Positions 60,867-64,000 of a stretch of DNA of 64,000 nucleotides are shown here, piece by piece; position 1 is the stretch's first letter; each line of letters opens with the position of its first letter. The position numbers were made by a program, and so were the translations under genes. The notes under the pieces were generated by a model. It worked only from the letters and a program-made list of their open reading frames with translations. It searched no databases and was not told the DNA's origin. Source of the stretch: Balamuthia mandrillaris. Lineage: Eukaryota. Location: assembly GCA_031835245.2 (NCBI GenBank), contig JAVKOQ020000009.1, forward strand, positions 124,001 through 188,000, written 5' to 3'.

Positions 60867-63800
60867 ATGAGATTTGATGACGAGCAAGAGAAGGACCTGA
60901 AGAGGTACCTCATCAACAGCTTAGAGCCCATGTGCGTTTCTCTCCGCCTTTATTTTAAAACTATTTCCCTTTTTTTTTTGTGTTTGGGACTAATCTTTCC
61001 TTTCTTTCATTCCTTCGAATGTTTTGTTTTGCTTCTCACGAAACACAGTTGTGCGGCTGACCCTTCCGTGCTCAGCAACTACATAATCGCGCTGCTGAAG
61101 CGGGACAAGCCAAAGGATGAGCTGCTCCGACTGTGCCAGGAGGAACTCATGGACTTTCTCGGTGGAGGTACTAATAATAACTTTATCCCCCTCTTTCCTT
61201 CTCTTTTCTATTGTTGGTTCCGTCTCGTCTCATTTCTTCTTCCTGTTCTTGCTCCTCTTCTCGTCCTCTGCTTTGTCACTGGTTCTCTTCTATCTCTGCT
61301 CTCTCTTTCTCTCTTTCTCTCTCCCTTTGGCGCTCTTTCTTCCCTCCAAAGGAATTATTCACCTTTTTTCTAAAAATAAATACAGAAACGCACGGTTTTG
61401 TGAACGCTCTTTTTGACACGCTCAACCGGAGGTCCTCTTTTGCTTCTTCCAAGAAGAAAAACGATGAAGACGGCTATGAAGATGACAGCCAGCAACTAGA
61501 TTCACGAAAGCGAGACAGATACGAAGACCAAACAGATGCCTCTTCTTACGACTCTTTGGATCAAAATAAGCGAGGAAGAAGAGAACATGAAGTAGAAGAG
61601 GGAGAAGCAGAAGGAGGAGATCAATACAGGTCCTCTTCACGAGACCATTACAGAAGTAGTAGCAGGGAGAGGGAAGATAGCGGAGAGAGAAGCTCCTCGC
61701 GTCATCGCGATGTGTTGGACGCCAACAATGGTGGCGTTCTGCGCAATCCACGACGTGGCAGCAGTCGCAGTGATAGAGAAGACAGAAGTAGAGACAGAGA
61801 CCGAGAGAGGGACCGAGAGAGGGAGAGAGGAGACCGCGACAGATCAAGAGACCGGTCTCACAGAGAGGATAGAGGCAGGGACAGAGAACGCAGTCGGAGA
61901 CGGATATGTCGGGATTATGGTACGTTTATTTTTCTTATCTTGATTGTCTTACTTGCATTGTCCTTTTATTTCACTTTCATCTTATTTTGTGCTTTACGCC
62001 TCGAACAGAAAAAGGTTATTGCCTGCGTGGCGCTCTTTGTCCTTACGAACATCAACCTTCCGGAAAAGCAGAAGGACCCGTCGTCATGGACGAGCAGGAG
62101 CTCTATAGACAGCACCAACACCCCCAATTAATGGGGGACACTGGCTCATTGGAGGAACAATCATACAACCCAGATGAACCCTTCCTTGTATCCCAAGGCG
62201 TAGTTGGTGCAGGAGGCGTGTGGCATCAGCCACAAGGTGTTCCTCCTCAGCAAATGCCGTTCCCTCCGGTTGGAGGCATGAATAGTGGTGGTATGGTGCC
62301 ATCTTTGGTACCTCCTGCTATGATGGGAGGAGGGGGATTAGGACTTCCATTACCGCCTCCTCATCATCACGGCGGAGGTGGTTTTAGTCCTCAAGATGGT
62401 GGTGTAGGAGGTTATCATCACAACAATAGAGGAGGAAGAGGAGGGTATCATCGACGCGGCGGTGGTGGTGGCAGAGAGTGGAGGGACCATTCTTCCGAGA
62501 GAACAACGGACGCCATCACGTTGACCGATAGCGGATCTGCCTCCTCTCGAGATAAGGATAGCACCTATGGCGGTGGAAGAGGAGCTAGAGGAAGAGGAAG
62601 AGGCGGAAGAGGAGGAAGGGGTGGCCTCGGAAGATTTGGGGGAGAAGACCAAGGCAGAGAAGGTGGTGGAGACAGAGATGGGCATGCGGAAGGTCGTAAA
62701 CGGTGGCATCAAGATAGCGCTTATCAACAACAGCAAGGAGGTAGTGATCAGGGAGGAGGACCTCCCTTCAAACGACAGCGCCAACAGCAAGTCGGCTATC
62801 AACCACGAGCCCAACGTAATAACATCGCGACTGACACCATCACCGTCACTCGCATCCCCGCCGAATCCAACAACATAGAGACCCTCAACTCCCACTTTAA
62901 GAAATTTGGCACTATTGTAAACATTCAGATCGAGCCTCATGAAAACAAGGCCCATGTACAGTTCACTAGCCACGCGGAGGCGCTGAAAGCCTTCCGTTCT
63001 CCTGAGCCTGTGCTCAGCAATCGTTTCATCGGTGTTTATCTTCGAAAAGAGGACTCTGGTGATGCATCTTCTGCTGCTTCTACTTCTTTTAGCAAAAGAG
63101 CTCCTTCCCCTCCTGTCCACATACCAACAACTTTGGAGAAAGCAGCAACTTTGACACCTGCCCTTTCAAAAGCGGCCGCACCTACTGCTTCTACTTCCAC
63201 TTCTTCAACTTCTGCAGCTTCCCCGGGTCCTACGGCAGCTAGCCTTGAACTTGGGAAGAAGCTCCAAGAACAGAAGCTGGAACTACGAAAGAAGCAGTTG
63301 GAGAAACAACAACAGTTGCTCCAAAAACTGGAGGCAATGAAAGGCATAAAATCGAAGGAAAAAGAGGAGCTCATGAGTCAGCTTACCTTATTGACAAAGC
63401 AGATCAATGAATCCATCGCAAAGGACAAGCAAAGTCTGAGCAAAGTTCCGAAGGTAAAACCAGAAGTTGCTGTTGTTGCCTCTGCTCCTTCTATTGGAAC
63501 GACACCCAAGAAGATGGATCGCACGTTGTTGATGAAAGAGCAACTGGATCGTGAGTTGGAGAGCATCACCCAATTGCAGTTGAAGAAGAGTCAACAAGAT
63601 TCTAGCAGTAGCGATACTGTTGCCACGAAAGCACGCGTGGAAGAGCTTAAGCGACTCATCGCAGAAAAAGAGAAAGCTTTGCAACAAGCGCAAGAAAGCA
63701 AAGAAGGAGAAGGAAAGGGTGCAGGAGAGAAGGCAAAGGAAGGGGAAGAAAATACTGAACAACCAGGAGAAAAAGATACTTCTACCAACCAGCACAAAGA

Positions 63801-64000
63801 ACAGAGGGAAGAAGAAGAAGAAGAGGAAGCCAACAACGAAGGTGAAGAGAACAACCGGCCGTTATCACGACTCGACATGCTGAAAAGCAAGTTGAGCTCA
63901 TTGCAACAGGAAGCCACCACTTTGGGCATTGACGCTCCTCTCACTCCTGTCCCCTATAGCAGATCTACTCGTGGCGGAGCGGCGGCAGGGAGAGGAGCAG
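60867..64000 (+). CDS. RBM26: RBM26/RBM27-like RNA-binding protein (PWI, RS/RD region, CCCH zinc finger, RRM); 3' end outside window
   Basis: LKRYLINSLEP|CAADPSVLSNYIIALLK (PWI); CRDY|EKGYCLRGALCPYEH (CCCH); RIPAESNNIETLNSHFKKFGTIVNIQI..KAHVQF..EPVLSNRFI (RRM). Confidence 0.92.

Overview
Gene-dense, intron-rich eukaryotic nuclear DNA, most likely from an amoebozoan. The actin sequence is Acanthamoeba-like and the introns are full of microsatellites; Balamuthia-like is my inference, not proven. About 22 protein-coding loci are supported: DUF2804, ApgM-type phosphoglycerate mutase, Sel1-repeat protein, a small multipass membrane protein, F-box/LRR, a large C2-TM-PH-PH-ankyrin-PH protein, TBC/B-box RabGAP, YjjX-like NTPase, C9orf85-like, ABCD4-like transporter, actin (frameshifted), COX16, NDUFA12-family, mitochondrial TyrRS, a KAAEEEAA-repeat villin-headpiece protein, a 2OG-Fe(II) oxygenase, a U-box/pseudokinase, a DEG/ENaC-like two-TM protein, an EF-hand fusion, NUDT5, RasGAP-START, a GT61 glycosyltransferase, an atypical Rab-like GTPase and RBM26/27. 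The most unusual block is 20.0-25.5 kb. Five identical tRNA-Asn(GTT) genes with a bacterial-like U1:A72 acceptor stem bracket three non-host islands: two CpG-depleted ones (one carrying an inverted-repeat-bounded piggyBac-like transposase relic) and one decayed coding-like remnant. Gene boundaries and splice sites were read by eye and family calls come from recalled motifs; no searches were run.
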